This document shows, in pieces, positions 10,054-17,382 of a DNA stretch of 64,000 nt. Source of the stretch: Blastocatellia bacterium (GTDB taxonomy: Bacteria; Acidobacteriota; Blastocatellia; UBA7656). Below the pieces are notes generated by a model that had not been told where the DNA came from, searched no databases, and was given only the letters and a program-made list of their open reading frames with translations. The position numbers and the translations under genes were made by a program. How positions within the stretch are numbered: position 1 is the stretch's first letter; every line of letters begins with the position of its first letter. The stretch lies in contig CAVXWP010000001.1 in the NCBI GenBank assembly GCA_963765495.1, forward strand, positions 192,001-256,000, in the 5' to 3' direction.

Positions 10054-10082
10054 ATTATATGCCCATCGGTTTTGAGTGTCAA
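10054..10082 (-). promoter_or_regulatory. Perfect consensus sigma70 promoter TTGACA-N17-TATAAT
   Basis: Minus strand reads ttgaca ctcaaaaccgatgggca tataat, ~130 nt upstream of the ATG at 9926. Confidence 0.8.
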
Positions 10083-10109
10083 AACTTGAGATGTGTAGCT
10101 AGGAAAATA

Positions 10110-10206
10110 GAAATAGGCCGAGGATGCGACGGCTATACCTGGATTAAATCAAATAAGGTCAGATCCGCGTAAATCCGCCGCATCCGCGTTATCCGCGGCC
10201 TATTCC
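10110..10206. repeat. MITE/REP-like element with GGAATAGGCC terminal inverted repeats (copy A)
   Basis: gaaataggcc...ggcctattcc; a 32-nt internal stretch is the exact reverse complement of part of copy B at 34879. Confidence 0.8.
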
Positions 10207-10273
10207 CATTCGTCTTTAGGTCAAATTGCCTTTCAATACTATTGACGCCTGATGCCCGCAGGTCAAATACTCA

Positions 10274-11467
10274 ATGGCCATGATATACCGCGAAAAAATC
10301 CTGACGGCTCTCGAAAACCACAGAACTGAATTCACAGGCTTTGAAAGCGAAATGCGCGCTCAGTTTGCCGTCTATGGCGAAGCGCTCGACCGTCTTGCTT
10401 CGGCAAGCCTTGAGGACCTGCTTGCCCGGCTTGCACTGACTGATTCGCCCGGCGCATTGCCCACAAGAGAATTCCTGAGCGCCCCCGAACTTGTTTTGCC
10501 CTTTGACCACGAGTGGGGCAATCACGAAGAGGCGCGCGCCTGGGCCTTTGAAACATTGCTCGGGCGGACTACCTTTGCCGCCGACGGCAGTCAGATCCTG
10601 CCCTCGAAAGATTTCTCGGTCCCCGTGGCCGCCGTGCAAGTAGGATGGTTTGAAAACCCTCATACGCCGGGCGGGCGCTACATCAAAGATATAGCTTTCG
10701 AAGTGCTCACGCCCGATGAAGTGATGGTCCGCACGGGCGGCCTTACCGAATTCTCCGAGCAGATAGTTCATCGCCGCCGTTACGGCATGGAAGCCGACGC
10801 GATCAGAAATTTCTGCGTAGCCGCCGCCTCTCGCGGCTACGATGCCGCGCGCCCACCCGTAGTCTTTTTCGACAGCCTGCTTGTCATCTCTTTTGCCGAA
10901 CTGTTGCCCGATGATCAGCGCGCGTCCTATGTAGCGGAAATCGTCTCTTTACTTGCGACTTCCAAACAGACCGGCATACCGATTGTCGGTTATATAGATT
11001 CAAGCTCTGCGCGCGACCTGATAAATATGTTGCAGGTGACATTTGATCTGATCGATGCGCACAGGCTGGTGGATGCCGGGCTGCTCTCTTCACGCATGAA
11101 ATGGGGAGACAGGACACCCGTCTTCACCTGCGCCCGTCGCGGCATACTCGATTCTTACGCTGATGATTGGAGGCGCGGAGTCGGGTTTCTTTATTTGAAG
11201 ACATCAAGCGACGGCGCGCCCTCGCGGCTGGATGTGCCGCTCTGGGTCTGGGAGCAGGGCTTGCTCGATTACGTGGTCGATACCGTGCGTGGAGAGGTGA
11301 TCGTAGGCAACGGCTATCCTTATGCGATTGAATCGGCCGACGCAACGGCGGTGCTGACCACTCGCGACCGGGAGATGTTTTATGCCGTGTTTCAGGAATT
11401 TGCCGGACGCGAACAGCTCGGTCTGCGAATAGCTCGCAAAGCAATAAGCAAAGCGCATCGCAGATAA
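10274..11467 (+). CDS. nurA: NurA-domain nuclease (DNA double-strand break repair family)
   Basis: AADGSQI first acidic motif, FFDSLL second motif, VGYID, C-terminal GNGYPYAIESA.A.AVL. Confidence 0.75.
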   Translation: MAMIYREKILTALENHRTEFTGFESEMRAQFAVYGEALDRLASASLEDLLARLALTDSPGALPTREFLSAPELVLPFDHEWGNHEEARAWAFETLLGRTTFAADGSQILPSKDFSVPVAAVQVGWFENPHTPGGRYIKDIAFEVLTPDEVMVRTGGLTEFSEQIVHRRRYGMEADAIRNFCVAAASRGYDAARPPVVFFDSLLVISFAELLPDDQRASYVAEIVSLLATSKQTGIPIVGYIDSSSARDLINMLQVTFDLIDAHRLVDAGLLSSRMKWGDRTPVFTCARRGILDSYADDWRRGVGFLYLKTSSDGAPSRLDVPLWVWEQGLLDYVVDTVRGEVIVGNGYPYAIESADATAVLTTRDREMFYAVFQEFAGREQLGLRIARKAISKAHRR

Positions 11468-11570
11468 TTAATCTCTCCGATCTTGCCGCGCAATGGATGC
11501 TTTGTTAGACTCAAAAATCCGCATTATTGCTTGGCCTTACGAACCAAATGGGAACATAGGAGAGATTTGG

Positions 11571-11939
11571 ATGCAATCTGCTGCACCGCTCATTTTTTGC
11601 ATTGAAGATGATGCAGACACCCGCGAGATGCTTGAGATATTGATTCGCGAGCACGGTTATCGCTTCGCCTCGGTTGATAACTGCAAAGCGGCACTGAGCT
11701 TTATACGTGAGAACGAAGTCGCGATTGTGCTGATGGACAATCTGCTCCCGGATGGCAGCGGCATAGATTTGTGCCGCGAGGTGCGCCAATTCGACCGGGG
11801 GCTGCCTATCATCTTTCTTTCCGGTTCCGGCGTGCAGAAAGACTATGACCTGGCGATGGAAGTAGGCGCAAACGCATTCCTGACCAAGCCTTATTCGCTC
11901 GAAGAGTTGTTCTCTTTGATTGACCGGTTAAAGCGATAA
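11571..11939 (+). CDS. Single-domain response regulator receiver
   Basis: IEDD, LMDNLLPDGSG (phospho-Asp), FLSG and FLTKPY; AGGAG RBS before the ATG at 11571. Confidence 0.9.
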   Translation: MQSAAPLIFCIEDDADTREMLEILIREHGYRFASVDNCKAALSFIRENEVAIVLMDNLLPDGSGIDLCREVRQFDRGLPIIFLSGSGVQKDYDLAMEVGANAFLTKPYSLEELFSLIDRLKR

Positions 11940-11995
11940 AAACCTCGCTCGCGCCTTTTGAATCAAATTCCCTCGGGTCTCTTACCTCAACTGCT

Positions 11996-12946
11996 TCACC
12001 CCTGCGGTTTGCTGTCGAGTTCAAGCTCCGGCTGGTCAGGGATTGCCGCTCGCCTGTGTTTTACGAGCGACCATAATTTACCTAACATGCCATGAGAGAC
12101 GTAAGCCGTCGTTATTATCAGCAGCGTCCACTGCGAGTAAAACCAGATGGCCAGAAACACAAGTGCCATCCCGAGTATCAAAATTACGGGATGATAATTC
12201 CGCGTGCCGACACCTTTGAAGCTTGAATATCTGAGCGTGGAAACCATCAGCGCGGCAAGTAAGACCACAAGCAACAGCAGCGCCGCCGAATAGATTCGCG
12301 CATCAACAGGGAAGCCCATCCCTCTGATCGACAAATTGTACTGAGCAGCATAAGCAAAAGGCATGGGCGCAAAATGAGCTATTGCGGCGATCAGGCTTGC
12401 GCCCATTGGAATGGGCAATCCCACAAAGGCTTTCTTGTCCACCTTTGGATTTTTGGGTGGCTGATTTGGCTTTGTTTGCCGGGCCTGTACGTTGAACCGG
12501 GCGAGCCGCAAAGCGCCGCAGATGACAAAAACAAACGACACGCCCCAGGCCAGCTTGTGCAATTCCGGCAACTGGCCGTACCCCCACGAGTAGGCAAGCA
12601 AGGCCGGTGCTATGCCAAAAGAGAGCACGTCGGCTATTGAGTCAAGCTCGATGCCGAACTCTGATGTAGCGCCGGTCATACGCGCGATGCGCCCGTCCAG
12701 AAAATCGAACAGGGCGGCGAACCCGATATTTATCGCGGCGCGGTCAAAGTGCTCGGCTGCCGCCGCCGCGTTTGCCAGGGAAAGCCATCGCACTCCGGCA
12801 AACGATTCCATCACGGAATAGAACCCGCAGAAGATATTGGCGGTCGTAAGCAAACTCGGCACGATGAAGACGCCTTTGCGGAACCGCCGCCTGCTGCGGC
12901 GAGCCTGCATCTCGTCCTGCGAAATGTTCGATGTTCTGTCAGCCAC
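11996..12946 (-). CDS. pssA: CDP-diacylglycerol--serine O-phosphatidyltransferase
   Basis: CDP-alcohol phosphotransferase motif DFLDGRIARMTGATSEFGIELDSIAD, plus RLARFN and FVGLPIP; adjacent to psd. Confidence 0.93.
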   Translation of the reverse strand: MADRTSNISQDEMQARRSRRRFRKGVFIVPSLLTTANIFCGFYSVMESFAGVRWLSLANAAAAAEHFDRAAINIGFAALFDFLDGRIARMTGATSEFGIELDSIADVLSFGIAPALLAYSWGYGQLPELHKLAWGVSFVFVICGALRLARFNVQARQTKPNQPPKNPKVDKKAFVGLPIPMGASLIAAIAHFAPMPFAYAAQYNLSIRGMGFPVDARIYSAALLLLVVLLAALMVSTLRYSSFKGVGTRNYHPVILILGMALVFLAIWFYSQWTLLIITTAYVSHGMLGKLWSLVKHRRAAIPDQPELELDSKPQG

Positions 12947-12973
12947 ACTGCCTCCTATCGGCGGTATTTCGGG

Positions 12974-13594
12974 TCAAGCGCCCCCGATACGACCGATCAC
13001 GGTCACACCGGCTCTGACGCGATCTCCCCGCTTTACAAGCACTTCCACCTCTGCGGGCATTACAACATCCATACGCGAACTGAATTTCATCAACCCGACG
13101 CGCTCGCCAAGCGCAACCCGGTCGCCCTGCTTTTTCCAGAATACGATTCGGCGCGCAAGTATGCCGGCGATCTGGCGAAAGGTTATAGTGATGTAGCGGC
13201 CTTTGAGCGTGATTATGTTCTGCTCGTTTTCTGCCGAAGCGATTTCACGCGAGGCGATGTGATAAGCGCCGGGCTTATAGACCATCTCCAGTATCTCGCC
13301 CGCCATCGGAGACCGATTTATGTGAACATCGAGAGGCGACAGAAAGATCGAAACCTGCGTGGGAGAGTCTTTCACATCGGCATCAACCGGGGCGACTACG
13401 ACTACGCGACCATCGGCGGGCGAAACAATTATCGAATCATCGTCCGGAGATTGCCGCTCTGGATCACGGAAAAAGAAGGCCATAAAAATGGCCAGCAATA
13501 AACACCCGATAGCGGCTATCCACCAGCCCAGAATGAAAAATATGATGGCCGGTATGAGAAAAAAAACTATAAATGGTATGCCTTCTTTCGCCAT
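12974..13594 (-). CDS. psd: Phosphatidylserine decarboxylase proenzyme
   Basis: FFRDPER, VSPADG, IFLSPLDVHINRSP, QIAG..ARRI, and cleavage region KFSSRMD. Confidence 0.92.
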   Translation of the reverse strand: MAKEGIPFIVFFLIPAIIFFILGWWIAAIGCLLLAIFMAFFFRDPERQSPDDDSIIVSPADGRVVVVAPVDADVKDSPTQVSIFLSPLDVHINRSPMAGEILEMVYKPGAYHIASREIASAENEQNIITLKGRYITITFRQIAGILARRIVFWKKQGDRVALGERVGLMKFSSRMDVVMPAEVEVLVKRGDRVRAGVTVIGRIGGA

Positions 13595-13601
13595 AATCAC
13601 C

Positions 13602-13779
13602 GCAGAACAGCAGGCAGCAGGCAGCAGGCAGTAGGCAGTTGTATTGAAGCTAAAACCTGATCGGCGTAAATCCGTGTCATCTGTGTCCTGTTCGCACCGT
13701 TCTAATCATGTCTAATCATGCAGTTGGATAGAGAGCGATAATTGTCCTTAAATAACTGCCTACCGCATACTGCCTGCTG
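13602..13779. repeat. Inverted heptamer element (CAGGCAG)n ... (CTGCCTR)n
   Basis: caggcag x3 plus taggcag on the left; ctgccta/ccgcata/ctgcctg on the right; internal 10-nt tandem duplication tctaatcatg. Confidence 0.75.
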
Positions 13780-13792
13780 TTTCTAAAAAATA

Positions 13793-13866
13793 TGGCTACC
13801 CTATAACGAACGTTTGAGGCGCGTATTGGCACTTGACGCGCAACCACTACCGCTCGTGAGTAGCCA
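13793..13866 (-). ncRNA. Candidate structured small RNA, possibly Acido-1-like
   Basis: Three nested helices on the minus strand (TGGCTAC/GTAGCCA, ACGAGCG/CGTTCGT, GCGCGT/ACGCGC) followed by a T6 tract; no ORF. Confidence 0.55.
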
Positions 13867-13879
13867 ACGTTTGTATGTA

Positions 13880-13919
13880 ATCAATGTTCTGTCTGATGCG
13901 CATCAGACAGAACATTGAT
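13880..13919. repeat. Perfect 40-bp palindrome with no spacer
   Basis: atcaatgttctgtctgatgc|gcatcagacagaacattgat. Confidence 0.95.
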
Positions 13920-13927
13920 CTGAGAAA

Positions 13928-14173
13928 TCAGTGTCCTGCAACTTGCTGTTGTTCGGCGTGATGGCGCAGGATCTCCTCCATCTGGTCCTTAAGGTATAAT
14001 TTCTTCTTCTTTAATGTAGATTCCTCCAACTGCTCCTCAGCGCTCGGATAATGCAGCGCAGCCAATTCACCCAATCTCTTTTCATACTCGCTGTGCTCGT
14101 TTGCTAGCGCCGCAAACTGTGCGTCATTGGCCAAGAGTGTCTCTTTGAGGGCCTCAGTATCGGAAAATGTCAT
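13928..14173 (-). CDS. DUF465/YdcH family small coiled-coil protein
   Basis: F..L..EH..Y...L..L ... LKKKKLYLKDQM pattern; GGAGGAG RBS. Confidence 0.85.
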   Translation of the reverse strand: MTFSDTEALKETLLANDAQFAALANEHSEYEKRLGELAALHYPSAEEQLEESTLKKKKLYLKDQMEEILRHHAEQQQVAGH

Positions 14174-14227
14174 AATAGAATCTCCTCCCTTTCATTGTTA
14201 GTAAGACCAGCTTTACAACTTGCAAAA

Positions 14228-14256
14228 ATGGTACTCGAAAGCCTTTCCTGTTGCAA
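14228..14256 (-). promoter_or_regulatory. sigma70-type promoter for the DUF465 gene
   Basis: Minus strand TTGCAA-N17-TACCAT. Confidence 0.55.
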
Positions 14257-14268
14257 GAGAAGGAGAGG

Positions 14269-14310
14269 CGACGCGGGGACGGTGCGAAGGCGCGTCCCCG
14301 CGTCGTTTTT
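14269..14310. terminator. GC-rich hairpin, probable terminator after the MFS gene
   Basis: 12-bp stem cgacgcggggac/gtccccgcgtcg; T run on +, pyrimidine run on -. Confidence 0.65.
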
Positions 14311-15680
14311 CAATCGCCGTAGCTTTCGCGAACGGCGTGCGAGGGTACATTGAAGCGCTTGAGCCACAGGGCCACAAGCCAGATCAGACCGGGGCTTGCA
14401 GACAGCAACCCGGATGTGATTATGACCGCGCGGGGGCTGAAATGCGAAAGCAGCCAGCCGCCTGCGACCATCGAAACCGCCATCATGCCGATTTCCAGCG
14501 AGCGGTCGGTTGTGAATACGCGCCCGCGATATTCATCCGGCAGCACTCTCATCATCAGGGTCTCCTGCACGCCAAACTCCATCCCCAGGACCAGTCGGCT
14601 GAATGCCGCAAACAACGCCATCAGCCCAAGCGAAGGCATAACCCCTGAGATTGCGAAGAGGATGCCGTGCAAGAGAAGCGACCACCCTATAAAACGGCCT
14701 GCGCGCCGCTCTTCGGCTGCCCACGCTCCGGCGCGCCGCGCAAGCATCATCCCGACGAACAGACCCGCGCCCGCGGCGGTCAGTAGCTGAGCAACGGCCC
14801 AGTCGCCCCGGTCGCCCTCGCCGTGAGCGAACATATGCCCGCCAACCTGATCGTAGATCAGATTGACCATCCCGCCCCCGGTCGCCCAACCTATGTTGAC
14901 CATTATCACCCCTCTCACAAAGGGTGTAGACCACACATAGGAAAGCCCTTCGCGCAGGTCGGTCAGGAATGATCTGCGGCCCGAAGCCGTCTCCGACTCG
15001 CCCTCATCCGTGGGCGTTTCATCTGCCGACACGGTCGATGTGCCAAAAGCGATGGCTTGCTGCAAAAGGGCCGCCTGCCGGGCGGCTTTGCTCATCACCG
15101 ACACCGGGATGGGCACGATAAAGATCGCCGACGCGATAAAGGAGAGCGAATTCACGACAAAGGCTACATCATAGCCGAACTGCGCCGCCGTAAGACCTCC
15201 GAGGGCCGAGCCTATCGTGAATTGCAGAAAACGCGTCGAATACATCATTACGTTTGCCGTCAACAGTTCGCGTGTGGTCACCATATTTGGCATGGCAGCG
15301 TTCTTTGCCGCCTCGAAAAACATCGTGAGCGACGACATCAACGCGCTGCAACAGATCACAAGCCACACCGAACCAAACGAGGCCGATGCTATGTAGGCAA
15401 CCGCTATACCTGCGCGAAGCAGATCAGCCGCGATCATTATCTTTTTTCGCGAGTACCTGTCGGCCAGCACGCCCGCTACAGGCGCAACCAGCAGGAAAGG
15501 CAGCGTCCGCGCCACAAGCAGCGCCATCGTCGCAAGCGGCGACCCGCTAAACATGCGGACCAGCCCAAGCTCGGCGATAAATGAAAACCAGGTGCCGAGT
15601 TCGCTGATTATCTGGCCCGTCCACAGACGGCGAAAATTCCTGTTGTTGCCCAGCAGTTCTCTATAGGTTGCTGATGACAT
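14310..15680 (-). CDS. MFS transporter (DHA3/macrolide-efflux-like)
   Basis: NFRRLW.GQ.IS.LG.W start, motif A GVLADRYSRKKIMI, VLPDEYRGRV, about 12 TM segments. Confidence 0.9.
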   Translation of the reverse strand: MSSATYRELLGNNRNFRRLWTGQIISELGTWFSFIAELGLVRMFSGSPLATMALLVARTLPFLLVAPVAGVLADRYSRKKIMIAADLLRAGIAVAYIASASFGSVWLVICCSALMSSLTMFFEAAKNAAMPNMVTTRELLTANVMMYSTRFLQFTIGSALGGLTAAQFGYDVAFVVNSLSFIASAIFIVPIPVSVMSKAARQAALLQQAIAFGTSTVSADETPTDEGESETASGRRSFLTDLREGLSYVWSTPFVRGVIMVNIGWATGGGMVNLIYDQVGGHMFAHGEGDRGDWAVAQLLTAAGAGLFVGMMLARRAGAWAAEERRAGRFIGWSLLLHGILFAISGVMPSLGLMALFAAFSRLVLGMEFGVQETLMMRVLPDEYRGRVFTTDRSLEIGMMAVSMVAGGWLLSHFSPRAVIITSGLLSASPGLIWLVALWLKRFNVPSHAVRESYGD

Positions 15681-15782
15681 GATTTGCTCCGGACTTCGCT
15701 TGGGAAGTCATCCCCGACAATCAATGGCACGATCGATCGTCGAATCCACTTTAATGTTCCGATCCTGGCGGCACGAGACTCC

Positions 15783-15826
15783 AAAAAAACAGAAGCCGCC
15801 AGCATCAAGAAAGACGCTGGCGGCTA
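15783..15826 (-). terminator. Intrinsic terminator
   Basis: Minus strand agccgccagcgtc-tttctt-gatgctggcggct followed by tctgttttttt. Confidence 0.8.
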
Positions 15827-15850
15827 TCGCGCTTGAAGCTGTTGAACTCT

Positions 15851-16000
15851 TTATGGTGATTTGAAGGAAATTATTCCCATAGGAGTAAACAGCGGCGTGC
15901 CCCAGCGAGAGTCGAGGGCGCATGTAGGCTGCGCTCCCGGCTTAACGCTCCAAAGAGCGTCAAGGCGATCGACTTCGATTATCTGGTGCACATTAGCCAT
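15851..16000 (-). CDS. Candidate 49-aa small protein (not in ORF track)
   Basis: ATG at 16000 to TAA at 15851 gives MANVHQIIEVDRLDALWSVKPGAQPTCALDSRWGTPLFTPMGIISFKSP, between a TTGACA promoter and a terminator; weak GGA RBS. Confidence 0.5.
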   Translation of the reverse strand: MANVHQIIEVDRLDALWSVKPGAQPTCALDSRWGTPLFTPMGIISFKSP

Positions 16001-16038
16001 AACTTTTTCCAATCAATCCGCACGGTTGCGGATGCTTG

Positions 16039-16068
16039 AAGATAAACCCGGAGCGCGGCCCGTGTCAA
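16039..16068 (-). promoter_or_regulatory. sigma70-type promoter divergent from tRNA-His
   Basis: Minus strand TTGACA-N18-TATCTT. Confidence 0.55.
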
Positions 16069-16157
16069 CAAGTATTTTCTCGATGTAATTGACAAATCGA
16101 CGGGAATAGGCGAAATTTATTTTTTGCCGGTTCGCGCTTTGATGCAACAACTGGTAT

Positions 16158-16230
16158 GGAGGGCATAGCTCAATGGTGGAGCACCACGCTGTGGACGTGG
16201 TGGTTGTGGGTTCGAGTCCCACTGCTCTCC
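16158..16230 (+). tRNA. tRNA-His (GTG), CCA not encoded
   Basis: Cloverleaf: G-1, acceptor GAGGGCA/TGCTCTC, D arm GCTC/GAGC, anticodon arm CACG-CT GTG GA-CGTG, T loop GTTCGAGTC, discriminator C73. Confidence 0.95.
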
Positions 16231-16231
16231 C

Positions 16232-16726
16232 TTATACTTCTTTTCCGAAATCCTGTATCTTTCGGTGCGCGGCTATCTTTAAGGCGCGTTCTATCAACCT
16301 TCTTTGATCCCGACTCAAATCCTTTGGCAACTCGTCGGGCATAAACCAAGCGAAAGTCTCTATTTCATTGCTTTGGGGACGGGCCTCCCCCGCCGGACGG
16401 CAGAGAAAAACGATCTCTATCTGATTGACTCGCTCAAGTGAGCGCACAAAAGCCAGTTCCGCGCTCTCAATCTCCATCCCTATTTCTTCTTTTAGCTCAC
16501 GCCGGAGGGCCTGTTCGGGCTGCTCTCCGCCGGTCATGAATCCGCCGGGGATGCCCCAGCCGCTGCCCATGCGAAATACGTGTTTCAGCAAGAGTAAGCG
16601 GTCATTATGATCCAGAATTACGCCCGCTGCCGTCACCGTAAATCGCGCCTGAGAAAAGAGTACGGCCCATCGTCTTATCTGCCTCGGCGCGCTTTGCCAT
16701 ACGGCCCTGAACACTTTTCGCAACAT
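16232..16726 (-). CDS. NUDIX hydrolase
   Basis: Nudix box GGFMTGGEQPEQALRRELKEEIG. Confidence 0.9.
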   Translation of the reverse strand: MLRKVFRAVWQSAPRQIRRWAVLFSQARFTVTAAGVILDHNDRLLLLKHVFRMGSGWGIPGGFMTGGEQPEQALRRELKEEIGMEIESAELAFVRSLERVNQIEIVFLCRPAGEARPQSNEIETFAWFMPDELPKDLSRDQRRLIERALKIAAHRKIQDFGKEV

Positions 16727-17008
16727 TAGCAGATCCTGTCCATACTCAGATTCGGGCTGACGGCAACCCTGCGCGCTCTACACGATAAAGAAATCTCCAT
16801 GCTCAAAAAGCGCGTCTATAAGCGCCACTCCCGCGATCCACAAAATGAGCCTTTAAGTAACACTTGCACATCTCATGCCTGGCCTGACAGCCCGCTCAAG
16901 CTAGAGTAACAGGGAAGCGGAACACGGTCCAACTATAGCGATGATCAATGCGGGCAATTAACAAATGCCCGCCAAATAAAACAAACTTTCGCGGGGCTGA
17001 ATGCGAAC

Positions 17009-17037
17009 TTGACACGACTTTGAATATGAAGTAGGAT
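17009..17037 (+). promoter_or_regulatory. sigma70-type promoter upstream of the EPS locus
   Basis: TTGACA-N17-TAGGAT. Confidence 0.6.
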
Positions 17038-17079
17038 GCGGTTGCTCCTCACAATAAGATCAATAAATACAAGAAAAAG

Positions 17080-17095
17080 CGGAACAGGTCTTGCA
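17080..17095 (+). promoter_or_regulatory. sigma54-type -24/-12 promoter candidate
   Basis: CGGAACAGGTCTTGCA, with GG-N10-GC spacing and TTGCA. Confidence 0.5.
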
Positions 17096-17382
17096 CCTGA
17101 CTTTAGCCTCGATGATGGTTGTTTTTTCATAAGTGGGTTGCCCCTCTGTAGTACGACTAAACGCTGAAGGCTATCAATACCGGAGCTTGCATCCGGCATA
17201 GGGACGGCGTGGTCTGGCTGATCGAGTGGTTTTCTTCTTAGCAGATCAGCCTTCTGTACAAATCTGGAACGGCCCCGGAGGCGGAAAGCAAAGCAAACCC
17301 GCCCGTGAATAGTTGTGTGTCTGTGTAGCCCCCGAAGTCCTCACGCCCCAATTCAATCGAATAATCTTTGGGAAAGGACGCT

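Noticed and set aside
13793-13866. tRNA, SRP or 6S identity for the hairpin RNA ending in GCCA
   Set aside because: No cloverleaf or T-loop in position, no SRP GGAA-loop domain IV motif, and too short for 6S.
16158-16260. tRNA-His as the integration site of a genomic island carrying the EPS locus
   Set aside because: No integrase and no duplicated tRNA 3' end seen in the window; the Nudix gene abuts the tRNA directly.
16864-16882. Minus-strand sigma54-like site AGGCATGAGATGTGCA upstream of the Nudix gene
   Set aside because: Spacing fits, but the -12 element deviates (GTGC) and nothing else supports it; too weak to list as a feature.
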